A stretch of 64,000 nt of DNA, from assembly GCA_963803975.1 (NCBI GenBank), contig CAWDOY010000005.1, positions 11,143-75,142 of the forward strand. Reading direction: 5' to 3'. Below, piece after piece: positions 20,345 to 30,662 of the stretch. Made by a program: the position numbers and the translations under genes. The notes beneath the pieces were generated by a model. That model searched no databases. It saw nothing but the letters and a program-made list of their open reading frames with translations, and was not told where the DNA came from. This DNA is from an uncultured delta proteobacterium. Its GTDB lineage: Bacteria; Desulfobacterota; WTBG01; CAIYCZ01. The stretch's first letter is position 1, and every line of letters starts with the position of its first letter.

Positions 20345-21583
20345 CTATGCTTTTTGCAATGCCTGTTCTGCTGATTCCCTGATCTTTTTTGCTTTTTTTT
20401 CGCCGATGCCGGGTATGGCTGTTAAATCTTCCAGTTTAGCTGAAGCCACATCCTGTATCGTGGCATAGTTTGCCTTATACAATATTTCTGCAGTCAATTT
20501 CCCGATCCCGGGAATTTCCAGAAGCTGCGCGTACGGCTCCGGCGCTGCACTCTCATCCTTTACTTTGCTTTTAATATCAATTTTCCAATTAATCAGTTTG
20601 GCAGCCAGCCTGACATTCTGCCCCTTCTTGCCGATTGCTAAGGAAAGCTGGTTATCCTCTACGAACACTTCCATGCTGTGGGCATCTTCATCAACCATAA
20701 TCTCCGATATTTCTGCAGGGGCCAGTGCACTGCAGGCAAACCGCGCAGTATCCTGAGTCCACGGTATGATATCAATTTTTTCTCCGCGCAGCTCATGAAC
20801 AACATTCTGGACTCTGTTCCCCCGGTTGCCGACACAGGCACCGACCGGATCAACCCGCGGATCTGACGACTCTACTGCAATTTTAGCCCGGCTGCCCGGC
20901 TCCCTGGCAACACAGCGTATCTTTACAATCCCTTCGCTGACTTCCGGCACCTCCAACTCAAACAGTTTGATAAGAAGCCCCGGATGGGTACGTGAAAGCA
21001 GAACCTGGGGGCCCTTGGTGCTCTTCCGCACCTCAACAATATAGGCCTTTACCCGCTCTCTGAGGCTGAATGACTCTTTCGGTATCTGCTCCTGGACCGG
21101 CAAAATGGCCTCACTTTTACCCAGGGTCACTATCACATCTCCCTTCTCAAAGCGCTGTACTATGCCGGTAACCAGGTCGCCTTTTTTATCCTTGAATTCC
21201 TGAAATACATTTTCCCGCTCTGCTTCCCGTATGGTCTGCATGATTACCTGTTTGGCGGTCTGGGCCGCTATTCTGCCAAACAGGGAAGTATCCATTTTTT
21301 CGCCCTGACTGTCACCCAGTTCAGCCTCAGGGTCTTTCTTCTTTGCCTCTTCAAGGGAAACTTCTTTTCCCCGATTGCTCACGCTTTCCACTACTGTTCT
21401 AAAGCGGAACAGTTCAACTTCGCCCGACTCCTCGTTATAGGTTGCTTCTATCTCCGAGTTTTGACCGCATTTGTTTTTTGCCACTTTGAGGAGGGCTTCT
21501 TCCAGCGCACTAATAATTACCTGCTTGTTAATACCCTTCTCTTTACCAAGCTCTTCTATGACTCTTCCTAATTCTGTAAACAT
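20345..21583 (-). CDS. nusA: transcription termination/antitermination factor NusA
   Basis: 412-aa ORF with NusA N-terminal, S1 and two KH regions plus a C-terminal HhH. This is the conserved rimP-nusA-infB order. Confidence 0.95.
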   Translation of the reverse strand: MFTELGRVIEELGKEKGINKQVIISALEEALLKVAKNKCGQNSEIEATYNEESGEVELFRFRTVVESVSNRGKEVSLEEAKKKDPEAELGDSQGEKMDTSLFGRIAAQTAKQVIMQTIREAERENVFQEFKDKKGDLVTGIVQRFEKGDVIVTLGKSEAILPVQEQIPKESFSLRERVKAYIVEVRKSTKGPQVLLSRTHPGLLIKLFELEVPEVSEGIVKIRCVAREPGSRAKIAVESSDPRVDPVGACVGNRGNRVQNVVHELRGEKIDIIPWTQDTARFACSALAPAEISEIMVDEDAHSMEVFVEDNQLSLAIGKKGQNVRLAAKLINWKIDIKSKVKDESAAPEPYAQLLEIPGIGKLTAEILYKANYATIQDVASAKLEDLTAIPGIGEKKAKKIRESAEQALQKA

Positions 21584-21740
21584 TTCACTTCCCTTTTATT
21601 TAAAAGGCATTACTGACAATCTGTACCATGGCAGATGATACCGGTGTGCCGGGAGGAGCATTATTGCTATTATGAGTCGGTAATATTATAATATTATAGT
21701 TGCCGACTATTAACATGTTCATTAATCGATACTACTTACC

Positions 21741-22211
21741 TTATAATGGAATATCTAAGTTTGCCTTTTCTATTACGCCATAGGGAATAGTATATTCTTT
21801 TCCTTCAACCTCCACTAAGACAGTATCCTGCTGATAGCCCATGAGCTTTCCCTTGAAGGTCTTCCTGTTGTCTATCAAACAACTGGTTTTTATGGTAACG
21901 CACTCTCCGATATACCGTTTATAATCAGATTCTTTCTTCAGCGGTCTTCTTACTCCCGGTGATGAAACTTCTAACGTATAGGGATGGTGAATAATATCTT
22001 TCACGTCCAGCAGATCACTCACCTGCCGGCTTATGGTGCTGCAGTCATCGATTGTAACCCCGTCTGATTTATCAATCAGAACCCGCAGCACCCATCCCAG
22101 TGATTCCCTTCTAAATTGCACCTCTACTAATTCCATCTGTTCATGCTTAAGGAGCGTTTCAACCAGATGGCTGATTTCCTGTATAACTGAATCCTGATTC
22201 TCAATCTTCAT
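21741..22211 (-). CDS. rimP: ribosome maturation factor RimP
   Basis: 156-aa ORF (...LVEVQFRRESLGWVLRVLIDK..GVTIDDC..ISRQVSDLLD...YTLEVSSPG..RPL) immediately upstream of nusA. Confidence 0.9.
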   Translation of the reverse strand: MKIENQDSVIQEISHLVETLLKHEQMELVEVQFRRESLGWVLRVLIDKSDGVTIDDCSTISRQVSDLLDVKDIIHHPYTLEVSSPGVRRPLKKESDYKRYIGECVTIKTSCLIDNRKTFKGKLMGYQQDTVLVEVEGKEYTIPYGVIEKANLDIPL

Positions 22212-22230
22212 CGCGCAGATTTATGATTTA

Positions 22231-22257
22231 ATAAAAAAAGTGGGCAGAGCCCACTTT
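22231..22257 (-). terminator. intrinsic terminator downstream of tRNA-Gly
   Basis: On the minus strand: GGAAAGTGGGC-tct-GCCCACTTT followed by TTTTTTATT. The stem arms are 22237-22245 and 22249-22257. It lies only about 20 nt upstream of the rimP start. Confidence 0.5.
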
Positions 22258-22333
22258 CCTTAAACCACAAGAATTAAGAATATAGCACAGGATTATAAGA
22301 ATAAAAAGAAAATAATCCTGTGTTAATTACCCG

Positions 22334-22410
22334 TGGAGCGGGCAACGGGATTCGAACCCGCGACACCAAGCTTGGGAAGCTTGTACTCTACCAACTGAGC
22401 TATGCCCGCC
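22334..22410 (-). tRNA. tRNA-Gly (anticodon CCC), CCA encoded
   Basis: The reverse complement GCGGGCATAGCTCAGTTGGTAGAGTACAAGCTTCCCAAGCTTGGTGTCGCGGGTTCGAATCCCGTTGCCCGCTCCA folds as a cloverleaf. It has a 7-bp acceptor stem, the anticodon loop TTCCCAA, the T-loop TTCGAAT and discriminator U. It closely resembles E. coli tRNA-Gly(CCC). Confidence 0.93.
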
Positions 22411-22420
22411 TTTAAATAGA

Positions 22421-22448
22421 ATTATACTTCGTGTTTGCAGGGTGTCAA
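22421..22448 (-). promoter_or_regulatory. consensus sigma70 promoter for tRNA-Gly
   Basis: On the minus strand: TTGACA (22448-22443), a 16-nt spacer, then TATAAT (22426-22421), ending about 10 nt before the tRNA 5' end. Confidence 0.6.
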
Positions 22449-22604
22449 TCTTTTTTTAGCTCCTTAACCGCGCACACTACCCCCGGATGGTACTATGCAT
22501 ATTGTTAATTGCCCTTCCCTGCGCTATTCTTTTTTTCATATTTTTGTAAAAATATGCTATAGGTACATGCTTGTTTTTCTACCATAGAACCAATAGGGAC
22601 CATA

Positions 22605-23261
22605 ATGAAAACAAAAAAACAGAACAGGAAACTGCTGTCAGGCAGCTTTTTCCAGGGAATAGTGAGCCGGGAAAATATAGAGGCCATTGTTATTGCTGTG
22701 GTACTGGCACTCTTTATAAGAACGTTTGTAGTCCAGGCATTTAAAATACCTTCCGGTTCCATGGAACCTACCCTGTTAATCGGGGATCACATCCTGGTAA
22801 ATAAATTTATGTACGGTATTACCATCCCCTTCACTGAAAAAAAGATTTTTCAATTTAGAAAGCCCTCTCGTGGTGATGTAGTTGTTTTTATTTTCCCCGA
22901 GGACCCCAGCAAGGATTTCATCAAGCGGGTTATTGCGGTTGAAGGCGATCAACTTGCTATTAAGGATAAAAAGATTTTTATTAATGCTCAGCCGGTCAAT
23001 GACCCGTATGGTGTTTACCGGGACCCTTATATTATCCAGGGACGGGGGAGCGAAATGAACCGCGACAATTTTGGACCGGTGACCGTTCCGCCCCATGCTC
23101 TCTTTGTCATGGGGGATAACCGGGATAAAAGCTATGACAGCCGCTTCTGGGGGTATGTAGATCTCAATAAGGTAAAGGGGAAAGCGTTTCTTATTTACTG
23201 GTCATGGGGTGGTCTTTTCCAGGACATACGCTGGAATCGTATCGGCAAGATTATTCATTAA
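22605..23261 (+). CDS. lepB: signal peptidase I
   Basis: 218-aa ORF with catalytic Ser box (IPSGSMEPTL), Lys box (GDVVVF...KRVIAVEGD) and C-terminal GDNRDKSYDSRFWG. Confidence 0.93.
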   Translation: MKTKKQNRKLLSGSFFQGIVSRENIEAIVIAVVLALFIRTFVVQAFKIPSGSMEPTLLIGDHILVNKFMYGITIPFTEKKIFQFRKPSRGDVVVFIFPEDPSKDFIKRVIAVEGDQLAIKDKKIFINAQPVNDPYGVYRDPYIIQGRGSEMNRDNFGPVTVPPHALFVMGDNRDKSYDSRFWGYVDLNKVKGKAFLIYWSWGGLFQDIRWNRIGKIIH

Positions 23262-23321
23262 GCACCAGCACCTGGTGTGCAGATAAAAAATCTCATTGAT
23301 GGCTATCAGTTTTGAATATAT

Positions 23322-23361
23322 AAAAAGGCAGGAGTTTAATAATGTGACCCCTGCCTTTTTT
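23322..23361. terminator. bidirectional intrinsic terminator between the convergent lepB and pilY1-A genes
   Basis: AAAAAGGCAGG (23322-23332), a 17-nt loop, then CCTGCCTTTTTT (23350-23361). An A-run precedes and a T-run follows, so it could terminate either strand. Confidence 0.5.
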
Positions 23362-23438
23362 ATATACATGTAACCCACACATCTTTTGACAGTATGAAGG
23401 ACTCTGCAGCCAGGTCAGAATTCCCTGATATGCCGGGT

Positions 23439-26400
23439 CTATTTTCCTTCTTTCCAATACTGCGTACCGCTTTTTACGGCAATCGCCGGCGTCACATCAA
23501 TCTGCACTATTTGCCCGGTGCTTAATTGACTGATGACCGTTCCGGTCTGGCCTTCCTTCTTGCCCACATGAATGGCTGGACTCGATGCAAGGCCGGCACC
23601 CATATCCTGAGTAAACTTAATTTCTGCCGAGTTATCCTGATTTTTGAAAACCGGTTTTTTGTATGCAGTACCTGTTATATAATAAAGACCATATAAACGG
23701 CTGTTTCCTCCTGACAGGCAGAGATTTGAATCAGGGGTAAAAGTGGGAAACAGTGCAATCCCGCCAAAGGCAGCAGGTTTATTGACCACGCGCTCGGAAG
23801 GGCTGCCTGTGGTTACCGCAAGTCTCCGGTACCAGCCCTGATAGATCTCAACGCCCTGATTATCTTTTTTCTGCACGCCTTCTTTCACAAAGTTATCAAA
23901 GGTTTTTCCTCTCAGCACATCGGAGGTGTTTGCGGTGTCAATGGTGCTGTCTGCTTTAACCGCGTAGGACGTAGCATCAAAGAGATCTGCAATGCCTATG
24001 GTACAGCCGGAAGGATTATAATTATGCAGGCAGGACGGAAGCTGCGCGTCACCCTCAGCTTTGCCCCGCGAGTTATAAAAAGGATCCTTTAGGCCGAACA
24101 GGTAATTTTGATTTTCATCGGTCTTGTCTGCTGTTGTTATATATCTTCCGGTACCAAGAAAAATCCATGCATTGTCTTTATTGTCAACGCTCACGGTAAA
24201 GGGGGCGGAGAAATATCCCGGCTGCGGCAAATCAGAAAAATCTGCCAGCGGCACCCACTTCCAGTTCGCCGGTTGATCATCGTATGCTAACGGATCATAG
24301 ACACTATTCGTTTGCTGTGGAATCGCAATTTTGTATACTTTTGCTTTCCAGTTTGACGGAGACCCCCCCTTATATGATTCTCCCACATAGATAGCGGCCA
24401 CGCTGTAATTCATGTTTTTATCAAGAGCAATTGGTGAATTCATAACCGCGTTGTTTTCGCTTGTTTCAAGACCGGAGGGAAAGGTCCGCAGCAGAGTGCC
24501 GCTCGCCAGATCAGCGATATACACCCGGCCGGGATTGGTGCTGGTGCCGTCATAATCAGTGGGGCCGGAAGTTGCGACAAGGAACCACGCATCATTGACC
24601 TTGACAATACAGGGGGTGTTCGTGCTGTACCCCATGCCGCTGAAGCTCTTTTCCCAGAGCAGGGTCGGCAGCTGTGACGGGTCGGTTATGTCAAGAACCA
24701 CATAGCTTGAGGAAAACGATTTAGCCCCTCCGGAGAAAGCGGCATCAGTCACGGTAACTGCCGGTCCGCCCATGTTCATGCCGCAGATGAGAAGCGTTCC
24801 CCAGCCATTGGGATGGGTTGCATCGGGAGTAAATATTTTCGCATCAACCACCTTGGGTTTTAAATCCACATAGCTTAAATGGCTGTAGCTCGTCGATGCC
24901 AGCCACTTCAGGTGCGGCAGCAGGCACTGAGGAACATAGGCCCACAGTTCCTCTCCGATACCAACGGTCGAACCTGATTCAAACTTCTTTTCCTCTACAT
25001 TGTATTGCCCGGCACTGAACGCATGGATCATGCCGTCATTGGCCCCGACATAGACCACGGTCTCGCGGTTCTTGTAGGCATCATAAAACTGCTTATACGA
25101 AGTCATCGTCGTAGAGCAGCCCGTACAGCTCCACTGGTTTTGATATGGATACCGGTGTGGAATAAACAATATCACCAAGCACCCAGGAGTGGGTCTCTCC
25201 ATCTATGGTTATATTCCGCTTGCGCAGCGTCGGACTCCCCGCATAGAGCGTAGAGTTGTCATCAGCGCCGCGGATAAAATTAATGATATTTGCCGCCCGG
25301 TTATTCTGCGTTGCGCCCAGTTTTTCGTAGACCGCATCGCTCGTAACCTCAAAATACGGCTTCAGCGTGTCTGCATTATCCGCGGTAAAAGGTATAACAC
25401 TATCCGCGTAGGTATAAATCCTTCGGTCTGCGGGATCTCCCGCCCACAGCTTTTTCCCTGCCTCCCATACCGACTGTATGTTATCTAATGCAATGTATTC
25501 TGGCGTAGTGTTTTTGTCATAGGGGTGCATGGTGTCAACCGGATAGCGTTTTACCTTTGTATCTCCGGTATCGGGGTCCTGAAAGTATTCGATAATTTTA
25601 TCTTCTGTGACATTCAGCTTGTAGTCGTGAACCGTGTCCTCGCGAATATTGCCATAGGCGTCTACCCACAGACACTGCAGATATCCGGCCCAGGTAATAT
25701 CATGGAGGCCGGTTTCATCCGTAACCTTTGGCTTGAAATAGGCCTGTATCAGGGTTCCCTCCCCTTCTCCCTTGGTTGCAAGAACCGATACCGCAGACCC
25801 TGAAGCTGCTTTTCTAAGTATCGCGGAGAAGGACTTATTGAGCTGTTCTTCAAGCCTCAGCGGGTTTTGGACGTAAAAATAGTTGTCAGGCACCCCGTCA
25901 TTATCAGTATCCCATTCCCGGGGATCATCGGGGATGTTGTTGTTATTAATATCCTCAAATCCGCCCCACTTCGCTGCGTACCAGAGGGGGTTCTGCAGCA
26001 GTGATGCGCCCGAGGTTGTGCCCGAGGTAAATGTTATTGAGTTGGTTAACGGTAATGCTGCGCCCGCATGCTGCGGGGTGTCGAGGTAATAATTGACATC
26101 AGAGCCTTCCGCAGTATCCATGTCACGTACCACCAGATAGGTTCCGTCTGCGGTAGTTCCGGATATGATATAGCCCATGTGCTGTATAATACAACCGGCA
26201 GCATATTCTGATGAATCAACCGTTATCATTACCGTGTTACCCACCACCTGGTACTCATAGAACGCTATCGCATCCATATCGTGATCCGCGCCCTGCTCCA
26301 CGTCTTCATAGTTGATGCGGAACCGGCCGTAGCCGGGGGTGAGCGCTTCTACATAAAAGTCAACGATCTGATTTGTGGGCTGAAACGCCCCCTGGGTACC

Positions 26401-28637
26401 GTCAATCCCGTAGCACCCGCCCACTGATTTGGCAAACGGCACCATGGTCACGGTTGTATCTCCTACCGGAATTTCAATCCGCGGCAGCGGTGAAGAGAGC
26501 GCTACGGCAAAGGTTGATATTTTCTGCGCGTTTTGCGCGGTCGTATTCACATCATTTATATGTCCGAAATATGCCACTGATGCGGAATAAAAACTCCCCT
26601 GTTTGGTCGGTTCCTCCGGGCACTGCCCGCGGACACTGCCAAAACCGGTTACACTCTTTGGCGTGCAGGCTCCATCATACGTTGAGCCGGCCTGCCCGAT
26701 GTAAAATGACCCGCTCACCCCCTCCTCCGTGCTGATGGTATTGGCTAACGTTGCTGCGTCCAGCCCGGTCACGTCCCCTGAAAAAGAGCCGAAGGCAGTC
26801 CCCGGCACCTGGTTGGAATCATAGTTCGGAATGACGTCACTCAGAACCAGCATGAAGGGTTTTGCGCAGTAGCTGAAACCATCGGTGGTATTATACGGGT
26901 TTTTCCATGTTGCCTTTGGCAGGCCCAGGGTGCTGTCATCAGTTGTGCCGGAATAATCAAAGACCTGATGTCGGCGCGGCTTTACCGGCAAAATAGCGCA
27001 GCGCCTCATACATCATCTCGCCGATGGGGTTGCCCCACATCCGGCATTCTCCTTCATTTAGCGTACGGGTGGTAATCCATCCGCAGTTCTGATTATAGGA
27101 ATAGTCCCCGTAGTTAAACCCGACGATCCGCAGCTTGTTCAGCGTGCTGATAATACCGTTCACCGAGGTGAATTTACCGGTATTCGAATCAATCTCATCC
27201 TTAATTGACCCGATGTTTTTCCGCAGCACCCCGCCTGATTCATTTTTCGCATAGGTGCCGGTGACAAGGCCGAAATACATGCGGTCTGATTCACCGTAGC
27301 GCTGCAGCAGCCCGGTCGGCTTATACCCATTGGAGGGATATTTCTTGCAGTTGGATTCGGGCATGGAGTCAACGCCCACCTTTACCCGCACTACATAGTC
27401 AGTCATGGCGGATGTCGGTGTGGTCTTCTGCCAGTAGAGATAGTAGTTGTCACCTCCGGTCTTTTCCTGGTGACGGAAGGTAATGGCGTGCGTACCAGCA
27501 GAGAGGGAAATGCTGCCGCTGTGCGTGGTGCACGAACACTTTCCATGAGCACCATACCATGACGCAACGACGGTTCCGTCAATAATCAGTTCTACCGCAT
27601 CATCACCATCTACGGCAAAGGTCCAGGTGCCGGTTGTGGGCACGACGATGTTTCCCTGAAAAATGGTCAAATAATAATCCTGCTGAGCATTAAAAGGGTT
27701 TCCCGTGCCGTTTATGTAGCCTACAGAGCCAGTGCCGAACCGATTCGCAACAGTGGCATAATTATTAACCAGTGTTTCAAAATCTGCATTATTTGCCGGA
27801 AAGGATGTATAGCCGGTCGTATTATACGTGGCCCTGGTCAGGTTTTGAAACGCGCTCTGCGGCACTATCTCCCACGTGGTACCGCCGGCATGAGCACAAT
27901 TAGGCCCTGATCCGCCATTGAGGCATTTGGTGCCTGCCACCGGCCGCTCGATTGATACCCACTCCCAGATCCGGTAACTGCTGTTGTCCAGCACGCGCAA
28001 AAGCGGGTTGCCGTTATCACTCAAGCGTGGTGCTGGCAAACAAATGCCGGGTGCCGGCAGCAGGAAGAGCCAGCGGCGTGTACTCCCTGATATCATACCC
28101 GTCACGCGCTATACTCTCATATTCTTTTCCCCATGAATGGGCATCCTGGGGGATGTATGCCCGCTGCAGGACTGTTTCCGTATCCGTGTCCGTCGAGCGG
28201 TATCCGCCGTAGAGCACCTTTCTCAGGCAATCCATGCGCGACATGGTCAGGTAATTGAGAAAATCGCCGCTCCAGTGTCCTGAGCATTTTTTATTGCTGG
28301 TCGTGGCTACCGGCTCGAAACGGCTGTTAGCGCTGCTGTAGTCATAGCACTTATAGCTATCAAAATAGCCGTAGTAGTCAATGGCGGGGTTATACCCGAC
28401 ATCCAGAACGCCGTCGCCGTTAAGGTCAGAGGCATCATTGTATGCTTCATAATAGAGCTTGTGATCCCGCTCCATGACCAGCATCACCAGCGGCGGCACT
28501 TCCCCGTTTAAAAAAAGAGGCGCCGGCTGATTCGGCTGCGTATCACCGCACAAGCCGTTTACACAGGACAGGCTGATAAGCATAACAATAACAGCACAAT
28601 TTAACACAACTCTGTTTTTTTTCATCTTACACCTCAT
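23439..28637 (-). pseudogene. pilY1: PilY1-like type IV pilus tip adhesin with PA14 insertion, module A (~1,732 codons, split into 4 ORFs by 3 frame breaks)
   Basis: Track ORFs 28017..28637, 26957..28105, 25093..27009 and 23439..25202 are colinear, piece by piece, with the module-B protein. Breaks are at about 28013-28028, 26958-26972 and 25098-25104. Features are a signal peptide, the COG3419-type N-terminal region (PLVMLVMERDHKLYYEAYND...), PA14, and the C-terminal PilY1/PilC propeller (ETVVYVGANDGMIHAF...). Confidence 0.85.
28224..28499. repeat. 276-bp near-identical tract shared with 36429..36704 (candidate gene-conversion tract)
   Basis: My hand alignment finds 5 mismatches in 276 nt, while the flanking pilY1-A/B sequence is visibly much more diverged. 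Confidence 0.8.
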
Positions 28638-28655
28638 AAATTTTCCACGGCGGAA

Positions 28656-29312
28656 TTACCGCGGCACATAGCGAAAGCCAAGAAATATCTCGGATTGGGG
28701 AACATGCGGATTTATAGTATTATCCGCCAGGCGCAGAGTCCTTGCGGGCAACGTTCCGATGCAGTCCATATTATATATTACCTTGTGCGAGGACACGCCC
28801 GCTCCTTCGGCACCCGAGCCGAACTCTGCCCCGCTTCCGGCAATATGGCGGACATCGACTTTATCGACATCCACATCACCATTAAACTGGTTTGTTAATC
28901 TTATTGACACATCGGGGACTGCGTCTTCCACCGTGTCATTCTGATAATCCTTCTTCCAGGTACTGCCGGGCCAGGGATTCACGTCTTTTGCTTCCAATAA
29001 AAATGCCCCGTCGTTTATTTGTATGTAGCCATGTAAACCAAGGTCTGCAAATTTCTCATTATCTGACCATGTACCATAGGCATCCTTTTCCAGCAGTGCC
29101 TCAGCAGCTGCTGCAGAACCTGCTTCAGCCTGATAAAACGTCTCCTTATGAACCCGTTCATTGCCCGCAATATCCAGCTCAATGGTGCTGGTTGACATGG
29201 CAGCCATGCCGATCATGGTGCAGATCGTTAACATAAAAAGGGCCAATACCAATACAAAGCCTTGTTCATTGTTATCCGATGATATGGTATGTTTCATACA
29301 AACATTCCTCAT
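28656..29312 (-). CDS. pilX: PilX-like minor pilin/tip-complex protein, module A
   Basis: 218-aa ORF with the PilX N-terminal domain pattern (QGFVLVLALFMLTICTMIGMAAMSTSTIELDIAGNER...FYQAEAG). Confidence 0.75.
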   Translation of the reverse strand: MRNVCMKHTISSDNNEQGFVLVLALFMLTICTMIGMAAMSTSTIELDIAGNERVHKETFYQAEAGSAAAAEALLEKDAYGTWSDNEKFADLGLHGYIQINDGAFLLEAKDVNPWPGSTWKKDYQNDTVEDAVPDVSIRLTNQFNGDVDVDKVDVRHIAGSGAEFGSGAEGAGVSSHKVIYNMDCIGTLPARTLRLADNTINPHVPQSEIFLGFRYVPR

Positions 29313-29455
29313 GCTTTTTAGCGTTAATCCTGCCCTATCTGTGCGGCGACACCATAAACCGCAGTGAGAGCGGCTTGGTAATGGAGCTCTGATTATCTGC
29401 CTTTTCCAAACGGGCGATTGTTACCGTGGTTTCTATTTCCACCGTGGTAGTGTTT

Positions 29456-29851
29456 TCAACGCGGAGAGTTGGCGGTTATACGCCATCTGGTGTTACACCC
29501 CCGGCCTATTGCATTCGGCAACTGTGCCTGCGAAAAAGTACCTAACCCCCATTCCTGGAACTTTTCAATTACTGTTTCGTTGCTGTCCGGCAGCTGACGC
29601 TCCGTAGGCTGCGTGTCCAGAACATTTGCGTCAAGGGCCGCGACCTTGTCATAGGGCTGATTCATAAGCCATTCCATCCAGGCTTCACCGAGGGTGCTTC
29701 CTGCCGTATATCTTCCGGCTGATACATTGTACTGTATGGCCTTGGTCTGCATCGCCGCAACACCAAGCAGGCCCACCACCAGCACGACTATGGCGATCAT
29801 CACCTCCATAATGGAAAACCCCGTTTCATTGTCTCTTGCCAGTATCTTCAT
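29456..29851 (-). CDS. pilV: PilV-like minor pilin, module A
   Basis: 131-aa ORF with a prepilin N-terminus (ETGFSIMEVMIAIVVLVVGLLGVAAMQ) characteristic of PilV/GspI-type pilins. Confidence 0.75.
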   Translation of the reverse strand: MKILARDNETGFSIMEVMIAIVVLVVGLLGVAAMQTKAIQYNVSAGRYTAGSTLGEAWMEWLMNQPYDKVAALDANVLDTQPTERQLPDSNETVIEKFQEWGLGTFSQAQLPNAIGRGCNTRWRITANSPR

Positions 29852-29858
29852 GGTTGCG

Positions 29859-30608
29859 TTACTCCACTCCTATGTTCCGGCATTTAATCTGGGTTATTAA
29901 TAACCGTCGCTGATACGGGTCATTAAACGGTCCCCATACTTTTTTCCCAACCCCTGTTTCGTGGTCTGGATTTGAAGCGGGGAAATAGGTTGACGTGTCG
30001 GTATATCCTTTTATCTGCTCGCCGGTTCTCACCAGCAGGGAAACATCCATGGTGCGTATTTCTGAAGGGCTGGCAGGGCTGGCGGTAATGGTGCCGTCAG
30101 CAAGATGATATAATAACTCTATGGCATCCACATTATCAGCCACGGACTCAAGTCCGCTGTTGTCTGGCGGGATACCGGTCTCTCTGCCTAAATGGCAGGG
30201 TAAGCCGTTTGTCAGGCCATCCCGGCTGGAATCATTAATGCTGTTGCTGCCATCATTGGTTAACGCATACCGGATGTATTCAGTATTTTGAATCACCCCA
30301 TCTTCATTATCATCATACGCAAACCTGCATTCCGCAACCCGCGCTATATTATTGCTGTCGAGCGTTGCCTCGGCCCGTTCGCTGGGGTCAAACCCTGCCT
30401 TTTTTAAATCCCGCGTGATGAAAAACAGTGCTGCCCGGAGATTCTGCTGCATGTCAGCCACCTGCTCCTGGGTAAGATAGGAGTTCTGCTGCTGTTGATA
30501 GGTGGCATACATCGCCGCAGAAACGATACCAAAAATAGCGATGGCAATCATCAGCTCAACCAGGGTAAAACCTGCGTTGTTAAATTTTTTTAAAACTCCT
30601 GTTCTCAT
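29859..30608 (-). CDS. pilW: PilW-like minor pilin, module A
   Basis: 249-aa ORF with a class III signal (NAGFTLVELMIAIAIFGIVSAAMYATY) and the PilW-type region (QNLRAALFFITRDLKKAGFDP). Confidence 0.75.
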   Translation of the reverse strand: MRTGVLKKFNNAGFTLVELMIAIAIFGIVSAAMYATYQQQQNSYLTQEQVADMQQNLRAALFFITRDLKKAGFDPSERAEATLDSNNIARVAECRFAYDDNEDGVIQNTEYIRYALTNDGSNSINDSSRDGLTNGLPCHLGRETGIPPDNSGLESVADNVDAIELLYHLADGTITASPASPSEIRTMDVSLLVRTGEQIKGYTDTSTYFPASNPDHETGVGKKVWGPFNDPYQRRLLITQIKCRNIGVE

Positions 30609-30662
30609 ATGGTATCCGCCTCTTGCTGAATGGGTTGTCAGCCCTTCATGCGCATGGTTATC

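Noticed and set aside
25093-25202. Overlapping ORF ends in pilY1-A (also 26957-27009 and 28017-28105), considered as programmed ribosomal frameshift or recoding sites.
   Set aside because: There is no slippery heptamer plus downstream structure at the junctions. Equivalent frame breaks occur in pnp, ispA and other genes, and the intact module-B paralogue reads straight through the corresponding positions. Indel errors or ordinary mutations are the simpler explanation.
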